Of a stretch of DNA of 64,000 nt, positions 30,901 to 46,027 are shown piece after piece. Position numbers and translations under genes: made by a program. Position 1 is the first letter of the stretch. Each line of letters starts with the position of its first letter. A model generated the notes under the pieces. That model saw only the letters and a program-made list of their open reading frames with translations, was not told the origin of the DNA and did no database searches. The DNA is from Eledone cirrhosa (lineage: Eukaryota), in contig OZ024743.1 of assembly GCA_964016885.1 (NCBI GenBank), forward strand, positions 303,304,001-303,368,000, read 5' to 3'.

Positions 30901-31825
30901 GCTTAACATATCCCTATCCTTATTTCTAACTAGACCCCTATCTAGGTACGATCTAGATGTTCCGCTTCGATTAGACCACGTCCACAGTGGCACAGTCGGA
31001 AAATCTAGTCGATATCTATCGGCCAGGTGAAATCGGTCGATTAACTGTTTGAGGATGTTACACCCCCCTTTATTGGAACATGCTCCCACATTATCCCAAC
31101 GTGCATCTAGGATTCCATTCCAGTCCCCCACTAAAAGCAAGGAGCGGGACGTTCCCAGAAAAGTCTCTAGACGTTTGAAGAAGTCTGGCCGCGGAGTCCC
31201 GGATGGGGCATATGCGGCTACCAGACTGGAGGCTCCACATTCACTACCGTCAACGTCTAGGACCACCAATCGACCCTTCAGGTCCTGATGTACCGTCTGT
31301 GTTACGAGGCCATGTTTCCGCAGCAAAACGGCAACTCCGCCCCCACCCTCCAGTTGACAGAGAGATGCGTAGATCTCAAAGTCATCGAAGATGGGGGCCA
31401 GCTGTCGCTCGCTGTGGATTCTGGACACGCAAATGGCAAGCACATCCATACTGTGCAACCTGAGGTCGTTTAAGAGTTTGCCCTGTTTCCAGGGCATCCC
31501 CAGGGCGTGTACTTTCACACATCCAAATCTTATATTGGCCATGTTGGTGCTGAAAAGTTAAAAGAGGAAAAAAGTTCACTCACCCTTCGTCTCCTTGGGA
31601 CCAGGCTGCACGATTCCCATGGATTGTTGGAGGGGTTGTCTGGGTGGGTGGTGGTTCCGGCGAGGTCGCGACGGAGATGTTTGGTGGGGTGGGGTCTGGT
31701 GGGATGGGGTTGTCTTGGGTGGGGAGACATTTGAGAAGAACGCGGTTAAGTGGTTTCACGCAGGAGATCCCCACATCCTTCTCAAATCTTTCTTGTAGGG
31801 ACCTATAAGTTTGTATAGGGACCCT
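27985..31825 (-). mobile_element. Tx1/L1-clade LINE, 5'-truncated, decayed (APE endonuclease, RT, C-terminal CCHC)
   Basis: APE motifs (VAAYAP, VGDWNGIL, RSYLDR, YSDH; 30814-31542), KSPGLDGL, FRPITLLNTELK, DQSKAFDRVDH, GGLGMP, CPRC..EETVAHAFIHC. Multiple frameshifts; the YADD region is deleted. Confidence 0.9.
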
Positions 31826-31884
31826 ATATATATATATTATAGATAGATAGATAGATAGATAAATAAATAGATGTATAGATGAAT

Positions 31885-34800
31885 GTATTAGCCACAGGGG
31901 CACAAAAGAAGGGGGCAAATACAAATGGGGAGTTTACATGAAAATAAAACTAGTATTAATAAAACAACAAATAACAATTGAAATCCCCAATGAGGTGAGA
32001 TGTTACACAGGGGTTGTACACACCCAGAACAAATGTACAACCCTCATCTCCTGGAGCACCAATAGTGAGTACTCCCTTGCTCTCTTCATCATTTTCCTCA
32101 ACCTACATGCTTATATATAGAGAAGGCCCAACCACTCGGGCCATCTTTGCCACATTCACCCACCTTTTATAAAATTTGCTGGGGTACAGCACCTCTCTCT
32201 CCATCCTGATTCTTCTTCCAAAATGATATTTGAAAAAACGTATCAGTTGCTCGCCGAAGAGAAAGGTGTCTGACCTCAGTCCTTTTAACCTCGTCCACCA
32301 TATAATCTCTTTCACCATAGCCATAACACATAGTAAAACCGCCCCTCCCTCGGTTTTGAAGGAGGGTAGATGGTTTGGTCATGATAATAGACTCGGTAGT
32401 CAACCGGATTGGTCCCACCCGCGACAATAGTCGTTCAACATAGCCCCACAGGTTGGTAACGACCGGGCAGTGTAAAAATGCGTGCGCGACGGTTTCCTCG
32501 TCGCACACGCATCTCGGACAGATCTTTTTCGAAGGGTCTCTACACGGGAGCCCGTGTCTGTAGAGCTTGACTCGAACTGGTAGAGCTCCTCGGTAGCACT
32601 GCCAGGCCAGGACATGTTGGAAGTTGTCCATTGGTCCCGGGCGGAAGGTCCTACCGAATAGACTGACAGCTCGTCCTCCCCTACGCCTAGAGTTTCTACG
32701 AGCGTGTCGTTGCTTTTGCTGCGGATCAACTTTCTATAGAATGTCGAAGTGGAGTCTCCACTGATCGCCGAGTCCATTTGCCAGAGGACTGTGAGCGCCT
32801 GAGCACATTCGATGTACCAGTCACCCATTTTCCTCGGTATTTGCTTGACCCAGGACTGCAGCTCGTTCAGCGAGACGAGTCGTGGGAAGGCCCGCCACAG
32901 GAACGGGGCTCACACCGGTTGTCTGGTTAGGAACACGTGTAGGTACCGCAGCCTGAGCGCGTGTATGCGCAGCGTCAGCTATGGCATCCCAGCCCTCCGT
33001 TTGAAGGGTGTTGGTAGCAGATGGATCTTCTCACAAAAAGGAGCCCGTTTCTTTCAAACGAATTGGAAGAGCGCGCGCTCCATTTTGGTGAGCGTTTTGG
33101 CTGGACAGGGCACGACGGTCAAGCGGTAGTAGATGACGGGCGCTATAAAAGTGTTCGCCACCTCTGCGCGACCTTTCAAGGATAGTTTGCACTCAGCCCA
33201 CTTCTAGGTGAGCGCAAACACCTTGGCCGTCAGCTTGTTCCAGTTCTTCTTCACCTGGAGGTCCGGACCAAACAGATCCCGAGCCGCTTTACTGATCCTT
33301 CCGACAGCATCGGAAGTCATCGCTTTGCCTCACCACGTTCCGAGTTGCAAACCGACGGATTTGTCCCGGATCAGCTTCACTCCTGTGAATCTTTCGTATT
33401 CCTCCAGTAAGGTGCCGAGCTCCCCCGTTTGCGAGGTGCTCGCCACCATTACTGATATGCCAGTTTTCGCAGTCCCGGTTCCAAAGGGATGCCCTACAAT
33501 AGCTCCAACTTCCGCAGTGGCTCGAGAGACAGTACGTACAGAAGGGAGAGGAGAGGGCATCCCTGTCAGATGGATCGCGTGATATGGAACGGCTCCGAGA
33601 GGTAGCCGTTCACCTTGACACTTGAGCAGATGTTGCTGCTGTGTATTGCAGCAATCCAGCCTCTGAACACGGGCCCGAAACCTGCCACCTCGAGCACCGC
33701 ATCCAGGTAACGATGGTCAAAAGCCTTAGACTGATCCAAGTTGATCAGGGCCCCACCGAAGGCGGGTTTACACCCTACCCTCTCTATGATGTATCACATG
33801 AGGTGGACGTTGTCGTGTATGGACCTGGTCGGGATTGCGCATATCTGCGCTTCTCCCATCAGGTTTTCGACGACAAGCGATGGCCTCTTTGCAAACACCT
33901 TGGCCAAAATCTGTAACTATGTGATGAGCAGAGTTATAGGTCGGAAGTTGCCTACGCTACCCCCTCCCCCCCTTATTCTCGCACTTCCTGACTAACGTGA
34001 CTGCGCCCCTGGTCCCAGAACTGGGAATTCTCCTCTTCTGCTGCCAGTTACAGTAGACCGCTTGAAGGAGACCGGAGAATAAGTCCGGCATTGCTACGTA
34101 AAATTCGTAGGGTAGAGCGTCGAGCGCTGGAGATTTGCGTTTGCTGCATTGGCTCAGCGCGACCCCTATCTCAGCGGCCGAAAACGGCCTTTCGAAGAAC
34201 TTCGCCTCGCTGTCCGAGAGTCGCGGCAGGCCGTCGAGGTATGGACCGAAATCCATAGTCCTCCCGGCGCATCGCCCTGCCGAACAGTTGAGAAAAATGC
34301 CGCTGAAAGGCCGCGCACATCTGCTTCGGCTCACGTATCACGCGTCCGATTTGGTTCTTCAAAGACCAAATGGTGGACTTGTTGCCACTTTTCGCCTCCG
34401 TTTCTCGGGCCCAGCAAACAGCTTTGGCGCCCTCGTTTCCCAGAGAACGTATTTTGCTTCTGACAACGCAACCTTCATGGTTTGCCTCGCAGAACTGCTC
34501 CAAGGCCGTACTCGTCGCGAGCACGCTGGCTACGGTGCCACTCCTAAGTGCCTCTTCTACTTTATCTACCAGTTCCATTTCGGTCTTATTTCTATCTAAC
34601 ACTAATTATTTACAAAAACCTCTCGAGTCTAATCTAACTGCCCTCTTGAGATACTACCACCATCTGTTGTTGACAATGACCCCCGTCAAGTGCTCCTTAA
34701 CTAAAGTGCTAACCCGTCTACTGTAGTCTTTGCATGTCGGTACGAGAAGTTCAGCTCACAGTAGCCGGGGCCCTTTCTATGGGTTTTGTCAAGGTTGACT

Positions 34801-36277
34801 AAGCAGGTCACTAATTTGTGATCTGAATAGGCAACCACAAACATTTGTGGACAGCTTAACATGTCCCTATCCTTCTTTCTAACTAGAAGCCTATCTAGGT
34901 ATGATCTAGATGTTCCGCCGAGATTAGTCAACGTCCACAGTGGCACAGTCGGTAATTCTAGTCGATATCTATCGGCCAGGTCAAATCGGCCGATTAACTG
35001 TTTGAGTCTGTTACACCCCCGCTCTCTATCGGGACATCTCCCACATAGTCCCAACGTGCATCTAGGATTCCATTCCAGTCCCCCACTAACAGCAGGGAGC
35101 GGGACGTTCCCAGAAAAAATGTTAGACGTTTGAAGAAGTCTGGCCGCGGTGTCCCGGATGGGGCATATGCGGCCACCAGCCTGAAAGCTCCACCTTCACT
35201 AACGTCAACGACTAGGACCACCAGTCGACCCTCAGGGTCCAGATGTAGCGTCTGTGTTACGAGGTCCAGGTGTTTCCGCAGCAAAACGTCAACACCACCC
35301 CTACCTCCCAGCTGACAGAGAGATGCGTAGATCTCAAAGTCATCGGGGGCCAGTTGACGTTCGCTGTGGAACCTGGACTCGCAAATGGCTACTACATCCA
35401 TACTGTGCGACCTGACGTCGTTTAAGAGTTTGCCCTGTCCCGAGGGCATCCCCAGGCCGCGTACATTCACACATCCAACGCTTATATTGGCCATGTTGGT
35501 GCTGAAAAGTTAAAAGAAGAGGAAACGAAATCACTCACCTCTTCGTGGTTACCAGGCTGCACAATTTCGATGGGGGTGTGGAGGGGTTGTTTGGTGGGAT
35601 GGTAGTCTCTGGCGGGGTGGGGACGGATATGTGTGGTAAGGAGGGATTTGTCACGTGGGGTGGGGGTGTCTTCGATGGGAGTGTCTGCGGTGGGGGTGGG
35701 AAAACATTTCAAAAGGACGCGGTTATAGGGTTTGACGCAGGGGTTACCTACGTCGTTAGGAAGTTTTTCTTTTAACTGTTTGTGTGTGTCCATGAAGATC
35801 CTAATCATTTAAAGATTAGGATTCTCCGATGAGTATGTAAAAGTGGTCCCTTCGGTCTCCACCGAAGGGATTTTTATATATGGAGTCTGTTAAAGTTTTA
35901 TTATTAGTATTTATTTAGGTGTAACATTTTTTTTGTGTTTTGTTCCTTTTTTTCTGTGGTTTCTGTGTGTGTTTACGTTTTGTAGTAGATGTTTTGTTTT
36001 CAGGGGGGGGGGGTTGTGCTGTTTGCGTCGCTTGACTTGGTGTTTGTGTGTTTGTTGCATTTTTGTTTGTGTTATGTCATTTCTTTTTTTTTTTTACTGG
36101 TCGGAAAGGCTCTCCCTCACCCTCACCGGGTGACGATGAAGAGGCCTTATCCGTGTTGTTGGGGAAGGGTACATTTTGGGGGCTGTTATGTGTGTGGGTG
36201 TTTCTGGAGTTGTTTTAGGTGGGGAGGTGTTGGGTGGGACTGTGTTTGTCGTTTGTTTTGTTGTCACTATTTGTTTA

Positions 36278-36319
<42 letters not shown>

Positions 36320-37500
36320 GGTGGTGGTGGTGGTGGTGGTGGTGGTGGTGGTGGTGATTGTTGTGCTGGTGTTGCAGGTGTTGGCAGTAATCCTTTTTTT
36401 GGCTAGTTAGCCGAGGACAGGAAGCTCTCAGGTGACCTCTGCTTAGGCAGTGGTAACATGAGGACCGCCTACCCTCGACCGAAATGTTTATGTATATAAG
36501 TCCATCCAGCAGCACACGTTTCGGGTCCTAGCTATTCGTTGTGGTGTCATTTGTACCAGAATTTCCAGGCTAGTTCCGCTGAACAGGTCGCCGCAGGACT
36601 TACCTACCGATATTATTGTGTCTTGTTCAAGGTTTAAAAATCCACATAGTACCCTCCCAATACCAATATTTGGTGTGATACTTTGGATTTTTTATTTTCT
36701 GTTCTTTTCCCCATGTAAGTGGGGGAAAAAGGGTGAACAACGGTGACACAATTGGTGACACAGAGTATTTCTTAGCCGTCAGTTGGTCTTTCATCAGAAT
36801 GGATAAACTCTAGTAGAGTCTACCCTTCTGAATGAAAGTAATGTCTTTTAACGTATCTTCTAAAACCAACTCAATTTCGCCTTGTGAAAGTTGAGTTGGT
36901 TTTCGGGTTTTGTTTGAGACTGACCATAGTTTTCAAGGCATCCTATCTTCGCAAATCTGGGGGTGAGTTTATGGAGAATGATCAGCCTCCCCAAAATGTA
37001 TGTACTGGTGTTATTCACAAGCTCATTTGCATTTGAAATATCTACCGGAGTGTAGCTTACCGTTTTTTTTACGGTTTGCGCAAACGATATTTTGTCGTTT
37101 ACTTCCTTGTTGCAGTTATTGGTCTTGTTGTTGTTATTGTTATTGGTGTTGTTTTCGTTCGTAGCATTGTTGTTGTTGTTGCTGCTGGTGCCGCTGGTTG
37201 TGTTGTTTTTGTTCATTGTTTCACACTTTGGGTTTGTTGCCATAGCAACGTCAAGTTGTCGGTCAGCCGGTGGAGAAAATCCGTCCTTTGGCTGACCTTT
37301 GTCTTTGACATGTGCTACTATGACAGTGGCAGGGGCAAGATGTAAGCATATCATCCCCTTTCCTCCTTCGAATGTTGGTGAAGAAGCTTCAGCCATTTTA
37401 AAACAAATATTAGCTTTTTAAAAAAAAAATATTTTGTGAACTATTTCGCCTAAAGGTGTAGAATATTTTGAGAGACTGACCAGATCAAAATTTGACCTGG
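31885..37500 (-). mobile_element. Tx1/L1-clade LINE, near full length, decayed (ORF1 zinc knuckle + ORF2)
   Basis: ORF1 fragments from 37396 include CYHCLSRGHLRASC. ORF2 starts at 35494 (MANISVGCVNVRGL) and is homologous to the adjacent copy. The 3' termini at ~31885 and ~27990 are shared; the 5' boundary is approximate. Confidence 0.88.
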
Positions 37501-37604
37501 CAGGCCTTCTACACATTAGTGTAAAACTGAAGGTTTATAGTTAGGAATTTCTATAGAAATTTAGGCAGACGTTTCCCATAGGTTTCACGCGTGTGTCCAT
37601 CCCA

Positions 37605-37617
37605 GATAGATAGACAT

Positions 37618-37692
<75 letters not shown>
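37605..37692. repeat. (GATA)n microsatellite
   Basis: Directly visible. Confidence 0.95.
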
Positions 37693-37693
<1 letters not shown>

Positions 37694-38044
37694 AGTGACA
37701 TTTTGTAATGCATTCACAAACCACCAATGACATATGACAAATAGCCTCCCAGCATCAGCACAAAGGATATAGAAGGTCACTAGTTATTAGTCAGAGGTGG
37801 TTTCACCACTATATCATCAAGCCATGATGAATTCCTTGATGGCACCATGGCCTGAGATTTGTCCTCTAATTGGTATAGAGCCAGAGCAACCAGGCATGCT
37901 TTGACTGTAGACGTTGACCGTGAAAATCGGTTGCTGTGTCAGATTATTTGTTTAGAGCAGCAAAAATAACAGGCTGTGATTTGGTGATGCCTCAGTCAGA
38001 TAGGTGTGGCACTCGGCCCCAGTAACCGTAGTAGTAATGGCAGT

Positions 38045-38240
38045 AATAATAATATAATTGTTTCTACTTTTGGCACAAGGCCAGCAATTATCCCAGTGTA
38101 TTAACGGTGCTTTATTTTATCGACCCCGTAAGGATGAAAGGCAAAGTTAACCACGATGGGATTTGAACTCAGACCATAAAAGGCCGTAACACTTTGCTGC
38201 AAAACATGGCGTCCGACCCTCTACCGACATTGCCAATCCA
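38045..38240 (-). mobile_element. tRNA-derived SINE copy
   Basis: Reverse complement matches the SINE at 62677-62857 (GAGTTCAAATCCC...AACTTTGCCTTTCATCCTTACGGGGTCGATAAAATAAAG). Confidence 0.7.
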
Positions 38241-38377
38241 TAATAATACAATAACCTGTATGTAGTACAATACACATTAGTGATAATTAGTGTTGACAAT
38301 GAATTAGAATAAAGTAAAGTAAAGAAAAAATGAGGTTGAAGATATGTATATGACCATTAAATAAGCAAGGAATACAT

Positions 38378-38427
<50 letters not shown>

Positions 38428-38433
<6 letters not shown>

Positions 38434-40118
38434 TTATTATGAAATGACAGGAGGCTGGACTTGTGTAAATCCTTGAAAGGTTTATTATATTATGATCATT
38501 TCTATGACCGGTTTCCGTATGAATCCGGTGATATAAGTTATTCGAAATATAACAAGGTAATGCAATAGATAAAATCCATGTGGCTGAAAATCAAAGACCG
38601 AAGGACGACCGCCATCCAGCATCTTCCACCTTTGCCGGTCGCCCTCAAGTGACGTGGCTAAAGCTTATAGTGTACTACTACCGGTCAAATAGAGGAAAAC
38701 AGAAAGGGAGAGGTACATAAGTCAGCGTTAATATCATGGCACAAAAAGAAGAAAGAAGAGAGAAGAAGGGGAAGGAAGAAAAGGAAGAAGAAGAAAAGTC
38801 AGGGTTAATGTCCAGCTACAAGGAGAAAGACAGAAAGATAGAGGAAGAAAGGTCGGTATTAATGTCAAACTACAGTCAGGCCAGGAATGTCGCGAAAAAA
38901 ATTATTCTAAGGGACCCGTATCTTAACATCTACTACCGGTCAAATATAATCAAACAAAAAAGGGGGAGGAAGATAAGTCAGCGTTAATATCATGCCACAA
39001 GAAGAAAGACAGAAAGAAAGAGAAAGAAAGTTCGGTACTAATGTCAGACTACAGTCAGGAATGGCGCGAAAAAAATATTTTCACAGGGACCCGTATCTTA
39101 GCAGAGGTCTTTATGTTATAATGTGTGAGCAGAAGATTGGAACGTTACATTTTTGTTTTGACTTATAGGATGAAGTTATAAAATTAATCTTTAATATTAA
39201 AATTATAAAATTAAAGAAATTAGAAAATTGAAAGTTCAACAGTTTAACATGTTTAAGGTTGCGGTGTTTAAGCAAAGAAAGAGTCTTTTATGAAGAAACT
39301 TAAATTTTATTATAGAGTAAATATCATGTCTTTGTGTAGCCGTCAAACAGCATGCGGTGACCACAGGCTTGCGCAGCCCATCCACTCCGAGTGATATCGC
39401 CTAGCGAAATATATGGAAATTACTTTTTCCGAGCACTCTAGGAATGTATAACAGCCTTCAGGTGCGCCAGCGGGAAGTCAGTCCGCATTCTGTCCAACAA
39501 AAATTTGACGTTCCAATCTTAAATTTTTGTAACTTCATCCTATAAATCTAAACAAAAAATTAACGTTTCAATCTTCTGCTCACACATTATAACATGCAGA
39601 CCCCCACTATATTTACCTCTGTTATAATATATACCTCTGTTAAGATACAGGTATATGACTTTTCTTCCTCTTTCTTTCTGTATTTCTTCTTGTAGCTCGA
39701 CATTAACGTTGACTTTTCTTCTTCTTCCTTTTCTTCCTCTTTCTTTCTGTCTTTTTTCTTGTAGCATGGTATTAACGCTGACTTATCTACCTCTTCCTTT
39801 CTGTCTTTCTTCTATTTGACCGGGAGGTTAGTAGCAGACTATAAGCTTTAGACCCCTCACCAGATTGCCTCAAGTAGACCGAATGGCCAGCACTTGAGGG
39901 CGACCGGCTTCGGTGGAAGATGATAAATGGTCGGTCGTCCTCCGGTCTATGATATTCAGCGCCATGGATTTTATCTATTACATTCATTTATTATATTTCG
40001 AATACCTGATGATATCACCGGATTCATACGGAAACCGGTCATTGAAATGATCATAGTATAATAAACCTTTCAAGGATTTACACAAGTACAGCCTCCTGTC
40101 ATTTTATTATAATTATTA
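38428..40118. mobile_element. Non-coding fold-back element, family A, in (TA)n
   Basis: Arms 38428-~39180 and ~39505-40118 are diverged inverted copies; both termini abut (TA)n; homologous to 51382-54203. Confidence 0.8.
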
Positions 40119-40288
40119 TATATATATATATATATATATATTAGACGGAGAAGCAATGTGCCAGCATTCTACTTCATCCGTCTCTGGGTCAATGACATAA
40201 ATACACTTGTTTCTTCCTTTTTTTCTTTGCTTGTATCGAGTACTCTGGTGCGTTATGGTCCACCTGGTTCCTTACGACACTTTCTTTG

Positions 40289-40338
<50 letters not shown>

Positions 40339-43321
40339 AGGGAGGCAGAGGGATATTTTCTGGAGTTGTGTGGGAGGATGACCACAGTTAAAAGGTTACT
40401 CAATATAGTGGGTGGTAGAGTATAGGCAGTATTTATTTGATATAGAAATTACTTCTAAATGATTAGAGCTATTTCGTTACTGTGTATACGTTTGAAACAT
40501 TTCTAGTGGCGTAAATGTATTTTCTATATAAAATTAAAAACAAACAATATACTTCTATGTCTGTGTGAGAGAGAGTATGTGGATGTTTGTGTATGACTGT
40601 GTGTGCATATGTGCATATGTGTAACCATAACAATGAAGTTAAAACGCGTCCTCATGAAAGGATATATATCAATACACATGCACACACACACTGTCACACA
40701 CATATATAGAAAGAGATTGAGGGAGAGAATGAGATAGGTGTCTGTGTAGACATGTATGCATATTTATGTGTTTGTTTGAATGTGTGCGTATGTTTGAATG
40801 TGTGCGTGCGTGTGTGTGTGTGTGTGTGTGTTGTGTGTGTGTGTGTGTGCGTGTATGTTGTATGTATGTGTGTGTGTGTGCATGTGTATGTGTGTGTATG
40901 TTTAGGAATTGCGTAACATACAAGAAGCAGTCACCTTCTGATGTGTTGCTTCCGTGATTTGGATGCAATCTGCAATTAAATACTTCCTTTGTGCACCTAC
41001 TATAATTTACGATGCGCTTCCGTCTGGGGTTTGTGATTTGCCAAAATTCACACTACATATTATTTGGATTAGACATCATGCCATATCAGTCAGATGCATT
41101 TTATTACTTTATACAGAATATTGCATACGATTCACACTCTCATATTAACAACTTTGAATACAAATTGCTTGTAGTAGATGTGATACTTGCAACCTTTCAT
41201 ATATCATTTAACTTCAACACTGATTTATATTTCATCCATGTCAATGTATTAAACTCAGTCTCACTATCTTCTATTACACACACATCTCACCCACAACAAA
41301 CCAATTCAACTTACATGAAATGAATTGAACAAAAAAAAAATGATATTTGACTTTTCAATAAAGTGATATTTTCATTTATATTATATCTCGAATACTTCTG
41401 CGCAGGTGCAGCGTTATTGAGAGGGAAAATGTTTGCAGGCATACAACGAATAAATCAGAGTACAGGTTATACTTTCAAAAGTATGGAAGTTAATAGTGAT
41501 CTCATAAATATTGGCAACGTCTGCTTAGCCATTGATTCCTAAAAGTTTACTATTATTATCATCTTCGATTCTGATGGCTGTGAACACTTGGCGCCATTCC
41601 ACTTTCCGAAGAAGGACTTGAAAACTGGAATATGTAACAGCACTCAGAGGCTTCAGCCGATCGGGCAGTGCGGTCGGTGGATACTCCAACCTAGCTTTCT
41701 GTAGAGGTTTAGTGGTGGGTAAAGACGAAGTAATTCTTGGGGAGAACCATTGGGACAACGAAAATAAAATAACTACTCTTTTTCACAGAAATCCCTGATC
41801 TGGCAGTACTACGAAGGAGCTTTTCCAGTTCGAGATAAACTCTACAGTTATGGAACAGCCGTCAGCTGGCCCTGTCCGGCGGAATTTGTACTCAGGACAA
41901 ATAATGCCGTAAATGGATGCTGTAATTCGTGCTCTCCGACGCTATACCGATACTGCCAATCAACCGACTAATAATATTTTATATTATTTCTATATGTATT
42001 TAAGTTATCCACATTCTTTCCTACGTGGCAGTCTATTATCTAGCAGTAGAAGCTGTATATCATTGTTTCTTATATATCAGCACATAAACGGAATTAACTA
42101 TAACAAGAAAAATATATATTAAATACATAGAAAGAAATCTTAATCATAATTGGATTAGAAATGTTGACAGACGAGTTGATAATTTGTTGCGAATCAATTG
42201 AAGCTTAGTGGATATTTATTGCTTCAAAGTTCGTGAGTTGAAGCAGCAATTTGAAGTTAGATATCGAGGCAGAACACTATGCAACCCAAAAATGAATATC
42301 TGCACTGCTGTTGTACTGATTTCGATAATAATTTGAATAGAAAATACATTGAGAAATGTATTTCATGGGAAGAGAATCTCGAAATCTGATTTGCAATTAA
42401 ATCATACAAACCATATAACAGTGTAGGTATCAGGATAAGTAACGAAATCTTCCCATCGTATTTTGGTTTCATAAAATACTTAAAACAAAAATGGTATAAT
42501 ACTTAGAACTTCATCATACATACATTCATCAACAATTTGAACTATTACTTCCCATGGTACAGGTTTAATATGAACTCCAAAAACTTAAATGTTATCGCGT
42601 GCTGCAGCCTCTTGTCAATAACTGATATATGAATTATTGGAGAAATTATAAAGGAATTTATGTAATTAAAGTTTACAATGAAAATTAACTCTAACAGTAA
42701 TGTAATAGAATATCATATGAATTCTCGTTTGGAACTAGTTAGAAAATGCAAAATTCTATTGTGCAAAATGTCAACTATTATTAATGACGTGGGATTAAGA
42801 GAAATATAATATAACCAAGAAAAGGGTTGATATGTTTCACGACAAGGATAATAAATAAATTAGCAATATATGACTTCTGGCAGATTTTATTATTCTTGCT
42901 ATTTAATATGGAAGAGGAAAGAAAGTAACTCGCACGAGATTTGGAAAATCAGATTGCGACAATAAATGTGTAATAGTGTATGAATTCAAACAAAGATTCC
43001 CTATTTAAAATATATTTCATGGAATCTTCAAGAAATTTAAATATTATGTGATGATGAAGATGATGAGAGTGATGATTCTACAAATAATACAATTAGTCAG
43101 CCTTTCTGACATGCCGCCCATACAACCCCTTTCTGCATGGCTATCATGCAGATAGCCCCTGCCTGTCTTCCCAGGCAACAGAAGGTGGTGGAGCAATCTT
43201 CACGATGGATACCGCTAATAATTGGATCCGTCATATACGTGACAGTAAGCGTCCAACATAATCTCACAAGTCAGCCAATCTCAGAGATATGAGTGGTTGA
43301 AGACGGTCCAGTCCACAATCA

Positions 43322-43421
<100 letters not shown>

Positions 43422-44476
43422 ACTTGACCATGGACTGCAGATCCTTCAATGAGAATAATTGTGGTAAAATCACCTGCGCTTTACTTCATCATAAATGTTG
43501 TCCATTTGGGGTACGGAAAAAAAACGACCACTAGCAATTTAACGGGTGAGTCCTTCCAATGCCATTCGAAGCTAGGTTCTGCCTCTCAAGATGCTGAGCT
43601 GCAGGCCCGTCCAAGTTTTGCTCCTGTGACCACTTCGTACTCTATGAGATCGCTAAAAGTCATCTAAATATGCTTGGTATCCGAAAGAATAACGTTGACG
43701 TCGTCAATATATGATTCCAACTTCCTAATTTGTTTGGGATGCACCTGAAAGTCTCCAATTTGTGAGGTAGTCTTTGTAGAGTCAACGATTACAATAGGGA
43801 CAAATTTAGCGAAGCGAGCGCATGATGTTGAACAGTTCAGAGAGGTGACTTCACTCAAACCACAGAGCAGATATTGGTATGCATTGTAGCAGTCCAGCTT
43901 CATAAAACCAGTCCACAACCGGTTACATAAAGGACTGCCACCATTTAGAGTTCGTGGACCATATCACAATCTTTCGAATGATAAATTGATCAGGGATCTA
44001 CCCGAGCCAGTTTCCCTAGCTACCTTCTTTGTGATGTATCGCAAGAGGCGAAGGTGGTCGTTGATTTTCGATTGTGGAACGGTTCATGTCTTCAACTCTA
44101 CTATTACAGGACCTATGGCAAACAACAAACACGTCGCTAAAACATTGTGAAAAATTTCAACCAGAGATATGGGCATAGAATTACCAAAATAGCTCCTCTT
44201 TTTAAAGTTCTTTCTCACAGAACTAGAACTTCGCCCTTTCTATGGCTAGTTGCAGTAGTCAACTGCCAAAAGATCACCGAACATGTCTAGGCTGTAAGCG
44301 TAAAGCTTGTTGGCTATGTCCTAAATCCCAAGCAAGTTACCCGTCTTACGGTATGTCATAATCTCCCGTATTTCAGCGAATGTTTGGCACTGAAATGCGG
44401 GAGTTTTTCCTGCATCTACTCAAAACCCACCAAGAAGAAGAAGAAGAAGAAGAAGAAGAAGAAGAAGAAGAAGAAG

Positions 44477-44507
<31 letters not shown>

Positions 44508-45220
44508 TTCTCATGGAGATTGATTACATTTGTTGAAGTATTGCTTTTTGATACTCAATGCGTATTCAATTATATTCTGAAAAAGTTTCATTTTATCTTT
44601 TTATATACTAAAACGTTATCAATTTACAGACACTGATTATACATTAAACGCCATTATTAAATCGTCAAATATTTGGAAAATTATAGATATGGCCATAACA
44701 GAAGATACAGGATACAGTCGTCATACGATAAATAATGACATGGTTAAATTTTATCAGTGATGTTTAACTGAGTTTAAAATAGACCTTTTATGTTACATGG
44801 ATACACCATCAGAATTGTTTGAATCTTGGCTAGACATGATAGCGAGCAAAAGTATAGAGATGCAGGTTCTAAAGACAGAAAAAAATAATAAAAATACAAA
44901 AGAATAAATAAAACAAACAATGATCGTTAATAAGAAATGATGATAGAAAGAAAACGAAAAAGAAACAAGGAGTTAAATGTGCAGATTATAGAGGAGATCC
45001 GCACAATACGTACAATATTATATATACACACAGGTTAATATATATTAAGACATGACTAGACGTGTGGTGTCTGAAAGATAGAGAACCAGTGCGGATAGTG
45101 ATTAGACAATGTTTGCAGTAATGAAATTAACATTACTAAAACCGACACACGAGAAGAAACAGAATATAATTTAAATTCTAAACCTGAACGCATACTTAAA
45201 ACAGGCACACACAAAAGCAC

Positions 45221-45293
<73 letters not shown>

Positions 45294-45876
45294 ATATATA
45301 CATATATATATATATATATTCATTATTGATCAATCATTGGCTTCTTTATGTTTATTATGTTCAGTAGGTCGTTAAAATTCATTAAAATCAGTATCGCCGT
45401 CGTTAATCCGTTAAGAAAATGCCAAGGATGATTTGCAGCTTAAGATCAACGACTGTTTCTAGTAGACAAACATAAAATGAAATAAAATTACAAAGTAGAA
45501 ATATAAAAAAAATATAAGTAACCTACTAAAGAAAAAATAAAATTAACTAATGCTGACAAACAAATAAATAAATGAACTGTGGCCAAATTAACAATAATTC
45601 TCATGGAAATAACCATAAAGATCACAATTTCGTCAGATGTAAGACCATTTTAAAGAAGAAAGAAGGAGTGAAACTGTTGACTTCTTTATGTAAATATCGT
45701 TACGGGCAGCTATTTTGACATTAACGCAGTTTAAAAGACACGAGGCAGTTGCAAACTATATAGACGCCTCCATTCTCTCTCTTCGGGTTACTTCCTACAT
45801 TTTCCGGTCTTTCTCTCTCATTCGCTTGCAGTCTCACATACTGTATACAGAAAAATACATGTGTGGCAGTTTTTCT

Positions 45877-45979
<103 letters not shown>

Positions 45980-45980
45980 G

Positions 45981-46027
<47 letters not shown>

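Noticed and set aside
36277-36356. Poly-His/poly-Asn protein domain
   Set aside because: A (TTG)n(TGG)n trinucleotide expansion inside the decayed Tx1 ORF1.
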